A DNA stretch of 64,000 nt from Bacilli bacterium (GCA_045597865.1 JAZLKX010000052.1:1-64000); one strand, 5' to 3'; positions 44,499 to 55,146 are shown, counted from the first letter of the stretch. The notes: generated by a model not told the origin, from the letters alone. Program-made: numbers and translations.

Positions 44499-45401
44499 AT
44501 GAAAATTAAAAAAATTGAAATCATTGAAAAACCTGAAGAAGTTTATAATATATCTGTTAAGGATAATGAAAATTATGTTGCTAATGGTATAGTCGTTCAT
44601 AATTGCCACGGCTCTCAAGCAAAGAAACTGTTTGGTATCATTGGTCATTGTGTAAATGCAAGAATCAAGATTGGAACAACAGGTACATTACCCACAGATG
44701 CAGCAGAACTGTTAAAAGTGCAGTCTGTGCTTGGTAGCGTTATCTTTGAACTTAAATCAAAGGAACTAATTGACCAAGGTGTTCTCACACAGTTGCAGAT
44801 AGCAAATGTTATTCTTAAGTATCCGCTTGAGTTTATCATGGCTAACAAAGGTAGAGCTTATCAGGAAGAGGTAAGATTGGTAGAGGATTATAGCGGGAGA
44901 AACAAAGCGCTAGAATTCATTCTTCATCATACCCCTAGCGACCATAATATACTAGTGTTAGTCAATCATATCAAACATTTAAATGATATTAAAAAGTGGT
45001 GCGAGGAAGCTTTCCCTGAACGCGAAGTAAATATCATCAGCGGCGCAGTCAAAGGTAAAGAACGCGATGAAATTCGCGTAGGCGTTGAAAATAAAAACGG
45101 ACTTATTCTGCTTGCAACATATCAGACGATGTCAACTGGTGTAAACATACCTAAGTTGCACGATGTCGTGCTATATGCAAACAGTAAATCAAAGATCAAG
45201 GTGCTTCAGTCAATAGGTCGTGGTCTTAGAAGACATGTTACCAAGAATAAGATCGTGCTTTATGATATTGTTGATGACTTATCATATCAGACAAGCAGAG
45301 GTCGTGTTGTTGAAAACTACTTATTGAAGCATTGGAAAGAACGACTTGAGTATTATAAGGAACAAGAGTTCCCATTCATATCAACCTCAATTAACATATA
45401 A
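44499..45401 (+). CDS. uvsW: split intein C-fragment fused to UvsW helicase C-terminal half
   Basis: MKIKKIE..VYNISV..NYVANGIVVHN|CH restores DECH; GTTGT, STGVNIP, LQSIGRGLR. Confidence 0.92.
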   Translation: MKIKKIEIIEKPEEVYNISVKDNENYVANGIVVHNCHGSQAKKLFGIIGHCVNARIKIGTTGTLPTDAAELLKVQSVLGSVIFELKSKELIDQGVLTQLQIANVILKYPLEFIMANKGRAYQEEVRLVEDYSGRNKALEFILHHTPSDHNILVLVNHIKHLNDIKKWCEEAFPEREVNIISGAVKGKERDEIRVGVENKNGLILLATYQTMSTGVNIPKLHDVVLYANSKSKIKVLQSIGRGLRRHVTKNKIVLYDIVDDLSYQTSRGRVVENYLLKHWKERLEYYKEQEFPFISTSINI

Positions 45402-45408
45402 ATAAAGT

Positions 45409-47199
45409 ATGGATCCTACAGTATTTTTCTATGATTGGAATTATGATCATACCAGCCATTTTTGGCCAGGTCTTATCTATTCTGAAGATAAGCGTCCGTA
45501 TTGCCGTCCTGATTTAACTGACGATGAACGTGAAAACGATGACGACGACGGCGATACACAATTTAATGACGATGATACGCGTGGTAGTACTTATTTGACT
45601 GCCAACATACTTGATGGACAAGGTGCATACCAAAATAGCGATTTACTTACATATGTAAAACTATCATCCGCTTCACAAGGTATTGGATGGTCAGATGCAA
45701 ATGCAGTATGGTATGATACTGTTTTAATGAAAGGTTCCGATACTGAAGTTTATTTTTATGATGTAGAAAACTATATTATATGTGGTATAGATGAATCTGG
45801 TGAAGTTTTAGATTTTATTAACTGTACATCTAAGAATTTGACTTGGAATGCTACGACAAAAAGATTCCAATTTACGTATAATGGTCGTTCATACGATCTG
45901 TATAGTTCTAAGGCAGTCAATGGTACATACAATAGAGTAAATAACTTAGCAACATTCGCAGCTGATGGCGCTATCGTTTTGTTTATACCACCTTCTGTAG
46001 GCAATATCAATACGGTTGGCGTTAAGTATAAAAAGAAAAGCACTGGTGATGATGTATACGCAATTCGTCATGCTGTTGAAATCGTTGCTATGTACGCTGA
46101 TGTCATGGAAGTTGACCGTTTAAATGTTTATTCAACTACCCCAGAACTATCAGCAAATGGCAAAATTGAAAAAGTACAGTTTCATAAGTCAGCTTGGACG
46201 TATAATTCACGTAAGGTTTGGGTAAAGGATTTACGAAAAACATATCCACCTAATCTTGATGATAAAACTACTGCTGAAGATGTACTTAACAACGCATTGG
46301 CCGAGCCAACGAATCCTTGGAAGACACCTGATGAATTCTACAGCGACTGGAAACCAACTGAAACGATTGTAAAAGGACCGAATGGATTTGTTAAAGCATT
46401 TAGCCGTATCTTTGGTAAGAAGTATAAGACGTATAAGATTAAGGAAACTATGCCTGTTTGGTTCTGGTGTAATACTTTACGTAACTGGTGTACTTTTAAA
46501 CACACTAAGCATCATACTCTTGAGCTATTTTTATGGAATGGTATGAATGGATGGGATCCTGCAACTAAGATAATTTTACCTGTTAAGAAACGCAGAGAGG
46601 TTTTAGCAAAATACTTATATGATGTAAAGCGATTCATCCGCGGGCCTTTCATTAGTGCACGTATCAACTATAATAACATGTATTATGCATGGCGCTCAAT
46701 TAAGCTATCTGACGATACTAAGTTCTCACAATATGATGAAGACAGTTTTCAGACTGTTAAGCTTGGTAAAACATATCTAAACAACAAAGGTACAAGAAGA
46801 TATCCATTCTCCATTGGTATTCCTCCTATCTTTAGAACTGTTGCGGGCGAAATTTGTTTGCTTTATTATCTGCGTATACCTGGTATGCAGTGGTGGTCTG
46901 ACTTAATCTATAAAGAACATGTTGATTTTATCAACTCAGTTTGCCAAGCTTACTTTGGCAAGGGTGAAGATAAGACCATCAATCAACATTGGAAGAGATA
47001 TACATTCGTTAAAGACATTTCTGAAGAATATGCCAATGAAGTAATTACTGATGAAAAGTCAACGCTGATTTATAAGCCAGAAATAAATACAATACGTGAA
47101 GATAATGAAGTACTTAACATTTCATTCACAATACCGCGTCAGTATTTTGAAACGCTGAACGGCACAGATGAATCTTATGTTGAGGAATGGAGTAGATAA
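45409..47199 (+). CDS. hypothetical late (probably structural) protein
   Basis: 596 aa; TATAAATA at 45397-45404. Confidence 0.75.
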   Translation: MDPTVFFYDWNYDHTSHFWPGLIYSEDKRPYCRPDLTDDERENDDDDGDTQFNDDDTRGSTYLTANILDGQGAYQNSDLLTYVKLSSASQGIGWSDANAVWYDTVLMKGSDTEVYFYDVENYIICGIDESGEVLDFINCTSKNLTWNATTKRFQFTYNGRSYDLYSSKAVNGTYNRVNNLATFAADGAIVLFIPPSVGNINTVGVKYKKKSTGDDVYAIRHAVEIVAMYADVMEVDRLNVYSTTPELSANGKIEKVQFHKSAWTYNSRKVWVKDLRKTYPPNLDDKTTAEDVLNNALAEPTNPWKTPDEFYSDWKPTETIVKGPNGFVKAFSRIFGKKYKTYKIKETMPVWFWCNTLRNWCTFKHTKHHTLELFLWNGMNGWDPATKIILPVKKRREVLAKYLYDVKRFIRGPFISARINYNNMYYAWRSIKLSDDTKFSQYDEDSFQTVKLGKTYLNNKGTRRYPFSIGIPPIFRTVAGEICLLYYLRIPGMQWWSDLIYKEHVDFINSVCQAYFGKGEDKTINQHWKRYTFVKDISEEYANEVITDEKSTLIYKPEINTIREDNEVLNISFTIPRQYFETLNGTDESYVEEWSR

Positions 47200-50100
47200 A
47201 TGAGTTCCGTTGTATTTAATGCGTTTAAACAAAGATTTCTAAATGGTGAAGTTCCTAAAAATGATACATGGACATTTCTACCGGTAAATAAAAAGTTTAA
47301 TAACACATTCGTTCGTACACAGGACGAATTTAAGCTTGAGCAGTTTCGTTCACTTAGCGATTTATTTGACCATAACTTTGATGCAATGAATAATTCATAC
47401 TTTGAAGGTATTCGCACAGACTATGATTGGTATAAACCATTAGATACAAGCGGAACATCTAAACCGATGTTCATCACATCCGGTGTTTTTGATAAAGATG
47501 GCAACCAATTATCAGCAAGTAACTGGGAAGATTTTCAGAAGACCGAATTTTATAAAGATGTTTCAGGCAACCGCGATGTAAATACTTATCTTGCATCAGG
47601 TGGTTTTTATTACATCCTAAAGAAAGATGAACTTCGTTGGTTTGCTGACCGAGTAAATTCAGGCAATAATAGAATCATCGGCGTTTTGGGTGATGGCATT
47701 GACGGTGTTATTCATGGGCAGATTGGTAAATCTGAAGATTACCCATTCCAAGGCGTATTTGATGGCAATGGCCACGCTTTAGAAGATGTCACTGTTATCT
47801 GTGATAATGATGATAATGGTCTTATTGGTATCTTAGGTTCGGAAGGTACAGTTAAAAACATCAAACTTATTAACAATCAAGGATTTTTAGATGATCCTGA
47901 TAACGTTTCATTGAAATGTGAAAAACTAATTGACATAAATCATATCAAGAAGAATGGCCGAGACGTTAATGCAGGCGTTCTTGTTGGCCGTAACTATGGA
48001 CATATCGTAAACATCGATGCACATGAATTAGGACAGTTCCGTTTTTCAGGTTTCGTACCACAGGTATATTCAGTAACAAACAAATCTGATAACTATAATG
48101 ATTTTTCTACCATTCGTTCTAAGTTTGACGAAGGCGAAAATATGTATTACCTAAATTCCTGGTGTATCAATTCACCAGGAAATGTTTGCCCGTATGTTGG
48201 CTATTTTGCTGAAGGTCTTTTTGCACAATCGGCTAGAGGTTATGCGTATTCAACTGATGATGCTACTACAGCTACTATTCATTGCATTGAATCTTATCCA
48301 ACACTAAAATCAAAATACAATGCTGGTATATGCGATGCAACGTTGGACTTATCATCTGGTATGACGAGATTTGGATTCTTCGTCAAGGCTGCTGCGGATC
48401 AAGGCATTTACAAGGACGGCGGTGAACATGATGCTGAACGAAAGGCATGTTTAACCGATCCGCTTTATTATCAGTACGCTGATACTGAGTGGGGAACAAA
48501 CTGTGTACTTTTCTTAGGTTATACTGGTAAAGATGAACTGGGCAAAGACATTAAATACTTTATTGAGATTAACGGTACTGCTTATGATAAGAAGGCAAAG
48601 AAAGGACAACGCCGTTATTATTTCCATGCTGGACATTTTAACTATAAGAAAAATTTAACTTATAAAGTTCTAGGAAGCAACTTTAATAGCTGGGGTGAAA
48701 ACTGGGGCGATGATAGTGATGACGATAGCCTGTCACGAAAATACTATTATCCTTTAGGTGATGGCGATAAGTACGCTATTAAGTGCGCGTTTGTATTTTC
48801 AAATGGCGAGGATGATGCTGAAACAAATGATGATGATGGCATTAGCGATGAAGACTTTGAAGTAAATGATAATGATATCCGCGTTTATACTGCTGACGGT
48901 ATTCCTGCTAAGATTGTGTCATTTGACTGGACTGCTCTACGATGGACGCCATTGAATAAAGATACATCAAGTTCTGTATGGAATGATATTAAGTATAAAT
49001 TGCATATTAGAAAAGGCGTTTATTATTATGGCGGTACTATTATTGACAACTCAGATATATCACAACCAGGTAAACCCAGAACATGGCTATTCTTCTTTGT
49101 TGTTAACGAAGAAAATCCAACTGTAACAAAAGACAGCAAGGATGACGCTGGTATAGGTTTACATTCAGCCTTGAATTTTGAAGAATATGACACTGAAACA
49201 CACTGGTGTGGAACGGCAACGAATAAAGGGCGCTGGGCGTATTATGATGAAGAATTGTCAGTTGAAGATGCGTATAAAAAAGCATGCAACGGCGATTTTG
49301 GTATGGCAGTTCCTGAAGCAATGCGTTCAGCTTTAACTGATGCAGCGTCTGTTAAAATTGCAGATGACGCTTGTGCTGAAAAATCTTATATGTTCCACTG
49401 GGAATATGAAAAGAATACTACTGGACCTAATCACTACGCAACAAAAATTCTTGTTGACGATTCTGATAAGTCAGACCTTAGCGCGTATTTATCGCATCGT
49501 CAAGAGACATGGAAAGACGGTGTACATTTTAATGGTTTGCATAAGTATGATATGCTAGTAAACAGTAATGTGTATGCTGCGGGTACAATGGTATTGACTT
49601 TATTGCAAGTTTCTGATTTTCAGTATCGTCCATTTGTGCATGCATCTGAAACTGATAATTTAGTTTATGTAAATGAAACAGATCCAACTACATGGAAAAG
49701 TAATCCATCTTTATTCCCAGGTGCACGTTTTGGTGATGTTTCTGGAATTTATGGTTTTGCTCCAACCTTGCAGTATTTTACTGACGCTGCGCGTCGTTAT
49801 GCAATGAATCCAAATTATTACGGATTAGACGTTGATGGTTTCTGGACTACAAACTGTGTTCGCCCAGATCCTGAGAACGATCCTTGGAAAAACCAACATA
49901 CAGGCCGTGAAAGCTGGATTTCAACTCTGAACTTTAACTGGAATATCATGCGCCACATGTTTGATACCGAAAATGATTATTATAAGCGCATGGCTGAATA
50001 TGACCAGGTTAATGATCCTGAGCCATACCGTTATGATACACACATTGAAATGCATAACCAATTTATGCCGCCCGAGGTTTATAAAGGTCTTGACTTTACT

Positions 50101-52356
50101 GATGAAAAGTATTTTAAGTCGGACTTGCCACATGCAATTTTAAACAAGCCACTGCGCATGAATAACATGGCTCGTGCTGCATACTACATTTCACCAATCG
50201 TTGGTGCCAATTATGGACGCATTCAACACGTAGTTGTTAGCTCTGAACGAACTAATGTTGGAAACTTTGTTGGCTTTATTGGTTCTATTGCTGGTAAACA
50301 GGAACGTGGCTTTGTTGACTTCTGCTCAGTATACGCAAAGGATAAGTTTAAATACTTTGAAAATGAACCTGTGAAACCCAATTATGATACTATGGACGAA
50401 TCTGCTTTCTCAGCTGCAATGGCTAAGTATGATGATGCTTGCCGTAATTACAACTATCAGGTACGCTATAAAACGACACCTATCATGCCAGCAACAGTTT
50501 CAGAAGCAGTTCAGACATTAACAGAAAATCCTGATTTTGATTGGAAAGATTATGAATACTATCCGAAAGGCAGCGATACAAAAATTGATGAAGATGAATA
50601 CAGTGCAGTATCGTCTAATCCTATTCTGACGAAGGATTACCTTAATAAGATAGGAGTAATTAGATATATTGATACAGACTCAAAAACTGATTGGATAAAT
50701 GCTGGATTTAAGGTATATACTAAAAATCCTGACTACATCTATGATAAAGCATTCTTTGACGCATCTGCTCCAATTCGTGCATTTACATCAGCATGGTATG
50801 ATGACTACAATGTTACAGCTGAAAATGTAATGGATGATGTTGTTACTTATAAGCTACGTCCGATCTTTAATGCAGGTGGCTTGTTTGGTAAAGTTGTGCC
50901 AACTTATAATATGAATACGCTTGACATAACTGGACTTATGCCAATGTCCGGTACAACATTCCAGAACTGTAACGTACATTACATACTTGATGATGCCGTA
51001 CCTGAAGCACAAATAACTGATGTTACTTTGTTGTCAGCATACTCAAAAGATATTCATGATACATTTGGCGCTATTGCTGGTTTGCTGGAAGTACAGACAT
51101 CAGAAACATGCCAGTGGAATAAAAACGTAAATAACTCAATTGTGTTGAATGAAATAAACGTATCTGCCCAATGCAATGCAAATGAACCTGTACTTGCTTT
51201 TGGTTTCATGTCGTATCAGCCTAATGAGCTGCCTTCTGTAGTTGCTACTGAAGGTTCACCTCGTCAAAAAGCAGGTACACACGCAGGCGAATATACTGAA
51301 ACTACTTACGCTATTGATTTACCTATTGTGATTAACAATAATGTTGGTGGTTCACGCCACCGAATGTCATACGCACCTATTAACCAATCATCAGCAGCGT
51401 TCTTTGCATTTTCAGATAACAAATATCCTACGTATAATGATGTCATTTCTGGTGAAAGTTCAAAAATGTATATGCAGGATATTGTGGATAATGTTTTCAT
51501 TACCAATGGCAACGTGAATGTTAATAACTCAGCAATTACTTACTGCAACCCATCTGCTTTGACAATTTACATGGGTAAACGTGGCCCACTTAGTGTTGAC
51601 AGTACATTTGGTTCAAATACTACATTCATTCCAGCTATGCCAACATTGCCTAATGAAAACGCATCAGCTTATTCAACGATTTCACTTGTAAAGGAACAGC
51701 TTGATAACCCGGTAAACACAAGAACGTATTGTGTTGCTCATAGTGAACTTGCTGCTGATGTTAATAAGTTCCATAAAACAACTAACTTCTCACCTATCAA
51801 CATTGACTGTTTAAAGAATTCTGAGATCTTTAAGAAACAAGACGTTGTAGATATTTACTTTGACTATACATATTCTTCTAAGAGTGCATTTGTGGATGAC
51901 TGGTCATTCACGCAAGATGTAAAGTTCACATCAGCACTTGATGTTGATAAGCATAACAGAGGTATTAAGCCGAATGACAACAACATTAGACTTGGATATG
52001 TATTCCGTGATGAACTGAATTATTCGGGTAATGGTTTCTGGTATAATAATAACTATCTACACTTAGGTAATTCAGTTTCACCTAAGCACATTAGAACCAA
52101 ACTTGCACCGTCTGGTGCTCATCTGTATACTTCCGGTGCTGCAGGCTATTACTATAATAATGAAGGTGAACTTGTTTCTGCAAATGATGAGCATTCATTC
52201 GGCGGATTCTTGGTACTTGACTCTCAAGAACGAACAATAATGTTTATAGATAATACGTCAGGTGCGAAAATTGAGGACGGCGGTTCATATAACCTACAGT
52301 GCTCACCTGTTGTTTATGACGGCACATCTGGCGGCTTGCTATTAGAGGTTAAGTAA
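47200..52356 (+). CDS. large virion-associated protein with dispersed GLUG-like beta-helix motifs
   Basis: 1718 aa; PFQGVFDGNGH, GLIGILGSEGTVKNI, AGVLVGRNYGHI, GFIGSIAGKQ, AGGLFGKV. Confidence 0.75.
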   Translation: MSSVVFNAFKQRFLNGEVPKNDTWTFLPVNKKFNNTFVRTQDEFKLEQFRSLSDLFDHNFDAMNNSYFEGIRTDYDWYKPLDTSGTSKPMFITSGVFDKDGNQLSASNWEDFQKTEFYKDVSGNRDVNTYLASGGFYYILKKDELRWFADRVNSGNNRIIGVLGDGIDGVIHGQIGKSEDYPFQGVFDGNGHALEDVTVICDNDDNGLIGILGSEGTVKNIKLINNQGFLDDPDNVSLKCEKLIDINHIKKNGRDVNAGVLVGRNYGHIVNIDAHELGQFRFSGFVPQVYSVTNKSDNYNDFSTIRSKFDEGENMYYLNSWCINSPGNVCPYVGYFAEGLFAQSARGYAYSTDDATTATIHCIESYPTLKSKYNAGICDATLDLSSGMTRFGFFVKAAADQGIYKDGGEHDAERKACLTDPLYYQYADTEWGTNCVLFLGYTGKDELGKDIKYFIEINGTAYDKKAKKGQRRYYFHAGHFNYKKNLTYKVLGSNFNSWGENWGDDSDDDSLSRKYYYPLGDGDKYAIKCAFVFSNGEDDAETNDDDGISDEDFEVNDNDIRVYTADGIPAKIVSFDWTALRWTPLNKDTSSSVWNDIKYKLHIRKGVYYYGGTIIDNSDISQPGKPRTWLFFFVVNEENPTVTKDSKDDAGIGLHSALNFEEYDTETHWCGTATNKGRWAYYDEELSVEDAYKKACNGDFGMAVPEAMRSALTDAASVKIADDACAEKSYMFHWEYEKNTTGPNHYATKILVDDSDKSDLSAYLSHRQETWKDGVHFNGLHKYDMLVNSNVYAAGTMVLTLLQVSDFQYRPFVHASETDNLVYVNETDPTTWKSNPSLFPGARFGDVSGIYGFAPTLQYFTDAARRYAMNPNYYGLDVDGFWTTNCVRPDPENDPWKNQHTGRESWISTLNFNWNIMRHMFDTENDYYKRMAEYDQVNDPEPYRYDTHIEMHNQFMPPEVYKGLDFTDEKYFKSDLPHAILNKPLRMNNMARAAYYISPIVGANYGRIQHVVVSSERTNVGNFVGFIGSIAGKQERGFVDFCSVYAKDKFKYFENEPVKPNYDTMDESAFSAAMAKYDDACRNYNYQVRYKTTPIMPATVSEAVQTLTENPDFDWKDYEYYPKGSDTKIDEDEYSAVSSNPILTKDYLNKIGVIRYIDTDSKTDWINAGFKVYTKNPDYIYDKAFFDASAPIRAFTSAWYDDYNVTAENVMDDVVTYKLRPIFNAGGLFGKVVPTYNMNTLDITGLMPMSGTTFQNCNVHYILDDAVPEAQITDVTLLSAYSKDIHDTFGAIAGLLEVQTSETCQWNKNVNNSIVLNEINVSAQCNANEPVLAFGFMSYQPNELPSVVATEGSPRQKAGTHAGEYTETTYAIDLPIVINNNVGGSRHRMSYAPINQSSAAFFAFSDNKYPTYNDVISGESSKMYMQDIVDNVFITNGNVNVNNSAITYCNPSALTIYMGKRGPLSVDSTFGSNTTFIPAMPTLPNENASAYSTISLVKEQLDNPVNTRTYCVAHSELAADVNKFHKTTNFSPINIDCLKNSEIFKKQDVVDIYFDYTYSSKSAFVDDWSFTQDVKFTSALDVDKHNRGIKPNDNNIRLGYVFRDELNYSGNGFWYNNNYLHLGNSVSPKHIRTKLAPSGAHLYTSGAAGYYYNNEGELVSANDEHSFGGFLVLDSQERTIMFIDNTSGAKIEDGGSYNLQCSPVVYDGTSGGLLLEVK

Positions 52357-53282
52357 TGTATTGGTCAGCTGAAAATCCTAAATACGTGTTTCCTGCATAT
52401 AAGTATGCTTTAGGAACAAACGAAATTACAGGGTATAATGAAAATAACATTGCCTTGTCTTTCGTTACACAAGATGTAACTGCAATAACAAATAAAAACT
52501 TCTGGACACGTGACTGTGCATCGCCGTTCCTTCGTTATTCAGCGTTTTGGTTTGTGCCGGATAATGCAATTCAGTTCGCTGACACTTATTTGACAAATGT
52601 TACGACAGGATCGGTAAATAAAGACACTGATACATCATCAACTTATTCATATCAGTACATGACAAATACCGAACCTGAATACTATCTTTTTACGAAGGGT
52701 CTTAAAGGTCGTGAAAGATACATTTCAGCATGTCAGCTGATTAAAGATTTGGACTATGATGTAAATGCGTTTAACGAAGTTGTTTATGTAAAAGGTTCAA
52801 AAGGCATTAAAGGAACTGTGCCTGGAAGAAAGGCTCAGTATTTGACTCGTGAATACAACTTGTCAGGCATTTATAGCCAGGATCTTTATCGTGAGCTAAA
52901 CATACCGGAAGACAATATCATTGAAGACTTGGTATTTTATCGTCCAGCAGAATCACTTGAATTTCAGGATCGTGATGATTTGGTTGAAAAACGACTTAAA
53001 GACTATGTAAAGATAAATAAGATCGTCGCCACAAAAGGAAGCAAAGGCTTCAAAGGCATTAAAGCTAAGAAAGGTATTGTGAACCCAAATAATAATGTTT
53101 ATTATTCTGGACGAATACTGGAATATGGTGCTCGCGGTTTTATTCTTTCATACACTGATGATAATCATGTTGGCGGCGGAATGATTCCTATGACTTACTA
53201 TGAATTTCCTAACCCGATTTACTCAAACATGGATTACATCAAGATTAACTGGAACACAAACGGTTTCATTGAGGTGAAGTAA
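52356..53282 (+). CDS. putative structural protein
   Basis: Coupled to its neighbours; N-terminal VFPAYKYALGTNEI parallels VFNAFKQRFLNGEV of the preceding gene. Confidence 0.7.
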   Translation: MYWSAENPKYVFPAYKYALGTNEITGYNENNIALSFVTQDVTAITNKNFWTRDCASPFLRYSAFWFVPDNAIQFADTYLTNVTTGSVNKDTDTSSTYSYQYMTNTEPEYYLFTKGLKGRERYISACQLIKDLDYDVNAFNEVVYVKGSKGIKGTVPGRKAQYLTREYNLSGIYSQDLYRELNIPEDNIIEDLVFYRPAESLEFQDRDDLVEKRLKDYVKINKIVATKGSKGFKGIKAKKGIVNPNNNVYYSGRILEYGARGFILSYTDDNHVGGGMIPMTYYEFPNPIYSNMDYIKINWNTNGFIEVK

Positions 53283-54058
53283 TGGCGATAGACTATAAAA
53301 AGTTTCCGTGGCTTTGCCCGACAACAGGTTATGACTTTAATCAAGGTGAAGAAAGTTCAATAGCCGGAAATATCGTTAAGGATTCTGAATCTGTTACATC
53401 GGAAGAAACAACAACTGATGCGTACGGCAAGTTTGGTTTAAAGCTGCTTTACTATAAAGTATCATTGGACACTCAAAAGGATGAGATTTACGGCGAAGAT
53501 ACTTTGCATATGATTGAGCGTTCATTTTACTTTAACGGCTATGTTGAACAAATCCCACCTAATGTAAGAACTTATCAACTTGAAGGTATATGGGGTGAAG
53601 ATGTTATCACAATGTATGTTGGAAAGACTGCATTTAAGTATTGGTCAACATACGGCGGCGAAGACAGGAACACGCCGGAAGTATTTGATGACATTGAGCC
53701 AAGGATCGGTGATGTAATCTATTTTGAAGTCAATGATACCTTTTATGAAATCCGCGATGTAAAGAATTGGTCAGACGCATTTGGTCTTGCACAACACACT
53801 TACACAATTACTCTTAAGGTGTATAAAGATACAAAGATGACCATTGATACTGATAATGAAACTTTGAAAGATATCAATGACCCAATTTATAAAGTCGCTT
53901 CAAGCAAGCTTAGGGAAGCAGAACCTATGCATGACGACTTGTCAATAAATAGGTATCTTGAGGAAATTACAAAAGAAGGCGGCACGGAAGCAATGAACCC
54001 GCTTTGGGAAGACAGAAGTCAAGGCGAAACACGAATTGACCCATTTGACGGCTGGTAA
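53282..54058 (+). CDS. 14: neck protein, T4 gp14-like
   Basis: FGLKLLYY, DEIYGED, PRIGDVIYF..FYEI, C-terminal DPF. Confidence 0.7.
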   Translation: MAIDYKKFPWLCPTTGYDFNQGEESSIAGNIVKDSESVTSEETTTDAYGKFGLKLLYYKVSLDTQKDEIYGEDTLHMIERSFYFNGYVEQIPPNVRTYQLEGIWGEDVITMYVGKTAFKYWSTYGGEDRNTPEVFDDIEPRIGDVIYFEVNDTFYEIRDVKNWSDAFGLAQHTYTITLKVYKDTKMTIDTDNETLKDINDPIYKVASSKLREAEPMHDDLSINRYLEEITKEGGTEAMNPLWEDRSQGETRIDPFDGW

Positions 54059-54097
54059 GAAAAAATTGGCGCTTAAATTTCATTAAATCCCCAGACT

Positions 54098-54303
54098 TTA
54101 TTACAGTTTTTTCTCTTATTCTTCTGTGGTTGTGTTGTATAATATAAGCACGGATAATTATTCAAATACCGCGGCAAAACCGCGGTATTACAGTTTTTTC
54201 AAAAAAATTCAGTTTTTTTCATATTTTTTCCTTCGCTACCATTTACAAGCCGGGAAATAGTTGTTATATTTTACTCGTAAAACAAAACAAACAACAACTG
54301 AGG
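54098..54303 (+). repeat. early-promoter cassette copy C
   Basis: 42-bp core at 54098-54139; TTTACA(54242)-17-TATATT; ACAACTGAGG SD. Confidence 0.9.
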
Positions 54304-54306
54304 AAT

Positions 54307-54522
54307 TTGTCAATGTGCCAGGTTTGTGAAATGAGAGGTGACGGCAAGCGTCACATGGAGCTTAAGGTTCAATGGACCCCTCAAAATTCAAATTCCGTTC
54401 AGGTCAAGCAACTGCAAGATATTACTGTTTCAGTTGTTGACTGGACAAAAAGCGAAAACGAATGTACACAAATCGGCAAGATGAAGTATTGCTGGAATTG
54501 CGGCAGGAAATTGGAGGAATAA
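54307..54522 (+). CDS. small zinc-ribbon protein
   Basis: CQVC ... YCWNCGRKL. Confidence 0.75.
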   Translation: MSMCQVCEMRGDGKRHMELKVQWTPQNSNSVQVKQLQDITVSVVDWTKSENECTQIGKMKYCWNCGRKLEE

Positions 54523-54525
54523 GAT

Positions 54526-55083
54526 ATGACTGAAAAGCAGCAGCTTCTCGTTGAAACTGGCCTCGCTGTTATTAGCGATTTTGCTAAGGTGAACAAGATC
54601 AAGATGCCTTAGATTGACATCATTGATAAGCCAAAGCGTGCCAATTATTGCGGAATGTATCACTGCAATAAGAAGAGCATTGATGTGCTCGTAAAGCGTT
54701 GTGCAAATCTTGCAAAAGTTCCCGGCTTCTCCTGGAGCCACCCGGGCTACTTTGTTGATAGGACACCTTTCGGCGTCATCTGCCATGAATTTGGTCATCA
54801 TGTTGATAACATGCTTAATCGTATGAAAGGCATGCCCAAGTACAAAGGCGAAAAGGTTTCAGGTTATGAACCCAATGCGTGTGAACGCTTTGCGGAAAGC
54901 ATGAAACTCTTCTTGTCAAACCCTGACTTGCTTAAACAAACTTGCCCTAAGCGATATGAATTCTTGACGAAGAAACTTGGCCTTATTCCTTGCATTGAAG
55001 GAACTTGGAGAGAGGTCTTTGAGAAGAATTGCATGCATGATAAGTATTATGCTGCTGCTGAAAAGCGCATCAAGGAAAGATAA
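54526..55083 (+). pseudogene. zincin-like metalloprotease with an in-frame TAG at 54610
   Basis: GGAGG SD, ATG 54526 in frame with ORF 54655-55083 (HEFGHH..ERFAE); a single TAG at codon 29. Confidence 0.65.
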
Positions 55084-55096
55084 TCAATTTTGCCTA

Positions 55097-55125
55097 TTGC
55101 CAATTTCTGAAAATTAAATTATATT
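55097..55125 (+). promoter_or_regulatory. early promoter
   Basis: TTGCCA-17-TATATT. Confidence 0.7.
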
Positions 55126-55146
55126 TGTTTCAAAAGGAAATTTAAT

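Noticed and set aside
10266-55083. Genome-wide TAG reassignment (suggested by TAG-ATG junctions at 10697, 26831 and 37507, and by the TAG at 54610)
   Set aside because: Long conserved genes are not broken by TAG. The genes after these TAGs have SD-like sequences, equivalent TAA-ATG junctions exist, and no CUA-anticodon tRNA is present in the window.
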